A stretch of 55,810 nucleotides of DNA from Pseudovirgaria hyperparasitica (lineage: Eukaryota): NCBI GenBank assembly GCA_010093815.1, contig ML996572.1. One strand, given 5' to 3'. This document shows, in pieces, positions 51,430 through 55,810 of the stretch; the stretch's first letter is position 1, and each line of letters begins with the position of its first letter. Both the position numbers and the translations under genes were made by a program. A model generated the notes under the pieces. The model was not told where the DNA came from. It did no database searches and saw only the letters and a list, made by a program, of their open reading frames with translations.

Positions 51430-53696
51430 CCTCCGTACCTACACGTGCTACCTAAGGGTAAAATAACGGTAACATAGGCTATAGGCTAATAGGCGTACTC
51501 TATAGCTATATACTTAAGATGAAACAGAGGTTTAACGAGATGTAGTTATAGACATAAGGAAGTTTTTCCCTATGGGGTTTCTTCTTATATAGTGGCTTAG
51601 ACTAGAGGAGGCATAGGCCTGTAGAGTACTACTCTACCTAGTTATACAATATTATTATTATTATTATTATAGATAGATACTATATATTAACTTAATACTA
51701 TATTCTTAGTATTTATGTATAACTAGTAGCGGTTAGCTAAATACTATTATATACGTTAAAATAATACCCTAGACTAGATAAGCTATTATAATATTATATA
51801 TACCCTATAAACCTATCTAATATATCTAGCTAATCTAGTTATTTAACTATCGGACTACTAGTATCTATATCTTCTAAAGTAGCTATACCGCCGTATTATA
51901 TATATATACCTATAGTTCTTATCCGCGATTATACTTAGGTTACCCTAGTACTAATAATAGCTATATAGAATGGTATAACGCTATTAAATATTAAGGGTAT
52001 AAAAATATATAATATAGTAGGTCTTAGTATAAATAAACTATTAGAATTTATTAGCTTATCTATAGATATACTAGGGGACGTAGATAGTTATAGATATAGT
52101 TGCGTCTACCTAGAATATCTAATTCTACTAAGTAAGTTAAGTAATATAGTCCTTTATAAGGATAGTTTAGACTAGGTATTATAGTAGACTATTAAATAGA
52201 TACTAGGCTTAGGACTAGATCGGGTGGTTTTCCGCGTAGGTAATATAAACGGTATATTTAGAAGTCTACTATAATATATTAACTATAATCTAACTATATA
52301 GAAACGTCGCGCTATAAGTATAGTAGTAGAATTCCTCTATCTAGCGCGTGTAGATAAGCTTAAGATATATATATACTAATAGATATTAGTATATATTAAT
52401 ATATTACGACTACTAAGCGGCGTATACTAATATATACTAGTATATCTAGTATATACTAGTATAATACTATCGCTCTTCTATAGACCTAATACTATTTATA
52501 TATCTTAGGTTTTCGGTTATTAGTTATATATAGAGTTATATATATGGCGGATACCTTACTAGATTTAGATCTTTTATTAATAGTATATAGATACGCCCTA
52601 GTCTACTTAATATAGACGTAGTTAATACTTTATCTACTTAAATAATAGATATTAATAACGACGCGACTAGTATATTTATCTATTATATTATTAGCTAGCT
52701 AATATTATATTAGAAGAGTTAAGCGCCGCTATTCTATATACTCTACCCATTAATATTAATATACTAGTAATTATAATCTAATTACCTTATAAATTAATAT
52801 ATAATACTAGTATACTTAAGAGTTTAAGCGAACGTATAAAAGTCTAATATTATATATTATTTAGGGCTAGAGAGAAAGCGCCTACTAGCGTAGTAGTTAT
52901 TAAGATAATAGTAGAAGTCTATATATAACTAGATATACTAAGTCCGTCTCCTTCTTATATAGTTCTATTACTAGATAATATTACTAGTTTTAATATTACG
53001 GGAGAGGAGTTTATAGATATAAATCTATAAATATTAGTATAATATCGGCTCGATAGTACGTATTATAGTATAAGGTAAGTTATATTTAAGTAGTAGTTAG
53101 ATATATACGCTAGTATACTAATAGATATATAGTATCTCTACTATAAATAGAATAGATAAGATATAGCTAGTAATATCTTACTATCTAGAAGAGATAGTTA
53201 TTATAGAATTTAGAAGATAGACTTAGTATCTATAGCGTTAGTATATCGGACGGCTAAACTTTTATATAATACTATTTACTTATATCTATATTTATCTAAG
53301 CCCTAATTTAATAGTCTTCTATAACGTACTATATACTTAGTTAGTAAGCTACTAGACTTATATAATAGTAGTATACTACCCTACTTTATATACTACTTAA
53401 GCTACTATTACTTTAGTCTACGTTAATCTTAGCTTCCTTTAGTTATCTCTATATTATAAAAGAAAACTTCTATAAACCTTTCTTCTATTTATCTTAGTTT
53501 TTAAATCTAAATCTTATCTTCTATACTTTATTCTATGTTAATTATAACTATATATAAATACTATATTAAACTTAACTCTATTAACCCTTAAGGTCTATTC
53601 TATATAATAGTTAATAAGGTTATATTTATAGTTTATAATATAGATTAAGAACTTATTATATTTAGTAATATTTAGGACTAGTCTATACTTAACATA

Positions 53697-54135
53697 ATTA
53701 AGCCTTATATTTAAGTCGAGTCTTATATTTAAGTTAAGCCTTACGTTTAAGTTAAGCCTTATACTTAAGTTAAGCCTTATATTTAAGCTAAGCCTTATAC
53801 TTAAGTTAAGCCTTACGTTTAAGTTAAGCCTTATATTTAAGCCAAGCCTTACGTTTAAGTCGAGCCTTATATTTAAGCTAAGTCTTATATTTAAGTTAAG
53901 CCTTATACTTAAGTTAATTCTTATGTTTAAGTTAAGCCTTATATTTAAGCTAAGCCTTACGTTTAAGTTAAGCCTTACGTTTAAGCTAAGCCTTATATTT
54001 AAGTTAAGCCTTATACTTAAGCCGATTCTTACGTTTAAGCTAAGCCTTATATTTAAGTTAAGCCTTACGCTTAAGCTAATTCTTATATTTAAGCCGATCC
54101 TTATATTAAAGCTAAGTCTTATACTTAAGTTAAAG
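53697..54135 (+). repeat. 18-bp tandem repeat (~24 copies), probably a RIPed hexapeptide-repeat coding region
   Basis: Units like AAGCCTTATATTTAAGTT / GAGCCTTATATTTAAGCT de-RIP to GAG CCT CAT GTT CAA GTC (EPHVQV). Confidence 0.8.
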
Positions 54136-54339
54136 CTTATAATATAACTACCGTCTCAACCGATAATAAACTACTTATCTTTAGTATACTTACTAGTAAC
54201 TACTATTCTAATAATAAGTATAAACTTAAGAAGGTCTAAAGTAGTAAGGCTCCTATTCCTACTTACGCTATCTATTAGATCTCTCTTATATAGAGTAATC
54301 TATAGTTAACCTTTAGGAATATCTATAGTATTAGTAGAG

Positions 54340-55645
54340 AAATAGATAGACTTAAGTAGGAATAAGCGAAAACTTAAGCCGAGCTTAAGCTAGTAGTATT
54401 TAAGGCTTATAGTAAAGGTTATAGCTTCGAAGAGTTAATTAGTTATATATATAGATTTCTTAAATTCTCTAAGTACCGCTCTTAGATTAAGTTATATACT
54501 TACTTCTAATAGATTAATAAAGGGAAATTAATATCCTTAATAAGCTTACTCCGCTTTAATTATACTAATATCCTTCTATTATCTAACTACTCTATAGTAT
54601 AGATCTTTAAGATTAAGTAAGTAGATAACTTTATTAAGTATTTTTCTAAACTTTCTAATCTTATTATAAGCGAAGCGGATAAAGCTAATATACTATATAT
54701 TAATACCGGTCTCTATAAAGACTCTTATGACTTTTAGATTATTAAACTTATAGCTAGTAAGCTTCTTAGTATAGGTTTTACTATCCCGTTATATATTAGA
54801 CCCGATATAATATATAAATAAGTAAAGTAATTCTTTAAAGATCTAGGTACTTATACTATAGTTTATATCTTACTACCGCTACGTAACCCTATAGATCTTA
54901 CTAGCTTTAATAATAAGCTTAAACTAGAGAGCGATCTAATTAATTTATAGTATATAGAAGTTACTACTCTCTATATATAATACGGTATATTAAGTAGGCC
55001 GGATACTTAGCCCTAGATCTCTATTCTCTACCACGAGTTATTCGATAAGAAATTTAACTACCTAATATATATTACTATAAGTATCTTATAAGATAAATAG
55101 GCGGATCTTCTATTATCCTAATTCTAAGACGTTACTATTAGATATATCTAGCTCTTATATATTACTTAGGCGCTCTTAGCTATTATCTATTCTATTAATA
55201 TAAAAGAATTCTATTATATAGAACTAGGTAGTCGTAGATACCTTAAAGTAGATTTAAAGAATTATAATAATAATACGTACTACTTTAAAGTCCTTTAATT
55301 TCGTCTAGGTATCCTTAAGGCTATTTACATGCCTTACTCTAAAAGTCTTTAATAAGGTTAGACGTTCTTCTAAAGTATCTAAGGTACTAATTATATTAAT
55401 AGATACGGTTACTAATATAACTTAAGCTCGTCCTAAATATTTTATTTAGACTAGTAATACTAGTTTAAGTATAATTAGGTCGTCCCTTACTACGCTTATA
55501 GAGTTTATAGATATTCCGGCTTTAGTTAGCGTATAAATCTATAATAAGCTTACTAAGTAATATATTAATACGTGCTAGAAACTAATCTACCACGCTATAT
55601 AAGCTTCTAGAGATAGCGGCGTAGACGACTACGCCGCTTAGAATA
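54340..55645 (+). pseudogene. RIP-destroyed protein-coding gene of unknown family
   Basis: One + frame reads as plausible protein once TAA/TAG are restored to Q/W (e.g. LELAAFEAYGKGYSFEELISY..RFLEFSKYRS, ..YLEVDLKNYDDDTYYFEVL..). Not identifiable by eye. Confidence 0.4.
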
Positions 55646-55810
55646 TGTTTAATATAATAGTCCTTAATATTATCGTGGACTCGGTATCTATATCTCTAAT
55701 ATATAGGTCCCCTAACCCTAATAATAAGATTCTAGATTATAGTATAGAGCCTTAGAATACCCTTATTACTCTTTCTAAATTATCTATATCCCTAGATAAT
55801 AATAAGGATA

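Larger units (their letters stand above)
46372..51668 (+). mobile_element. Full-length Tad1-like non-LTR retrotransposon (LINE), RIP-inactivated
   Basis: Target-site duplication TTATAGATAGATACTA (46356-46371 and 51667-51682), (ATT)n tail at 51651-51668, gag-like ORF1 and APE-RT ORF2. Confidence 0.92.
37110..55810. mobile_element. AT-rich RIP-mutated nested transposon block
   Basis: Extreme TpA excess and CpA/TpG depletion. Recognisable transposon ORFs are riddled with TAA/TAG at positions of CAA/CAG/TGG, the signature of repeat-induced point mutation. Confidence 0.93.

Noticed and set aside
55711..55720. CCTAACCCTA telomere-like word
   Set aside because: Under two units, internal, and expected by chance in RIPed DNA.
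33539..55810. Starship element
   Set aside because: No DUF3435 tyrosine-recombinase captain or DUF3723 motifs recognised within the window; cannot be excluded beyond its right edge.

Overview
Fungal (filamentous ascomycete, Pezizomycotina) nuclear DNA in two sharply different compartments. 1-33.5 kb is ordinary, gene-dense, intron-containing euchromatin with nine conserved genes: a GH16 glucanase, a GH72 Gel/Gas glucanosyltransferase divergent from the beta-1,3-glucan synthase FKS1, serine palmitoyltransferase LCB1, a small 4-TM protein, DNA polymerase epsilon POL2 divergent from COX20, a zinc metallopeptidase/jacalin protein and an Stb1/Whi5-family regulator. From 33.54 kb the DNA is an AT-rich, TpA-saturated, RIP-mutated transposon block. 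It holds a Tc1/mariner-type non-autonomous element, three copies of a ~95-nt tailed repeat, a RIP-destroyed Plavaka transposase among other unidentifiable dead genes, and a full-length Tad1-like LINE with a target-site duplication. The LINE coding region is bracketed exactly by two near-identical 31-bp palindromes. Within the RIPed block is a 2.5-kb un-RIPed island with two intact orphan genes, one a His/Gln-rich protein with a PD-(D/E)xK nuclease-like motif. Exon boundaries and de-RIP reconstructions were read by eye. No database searches were run.
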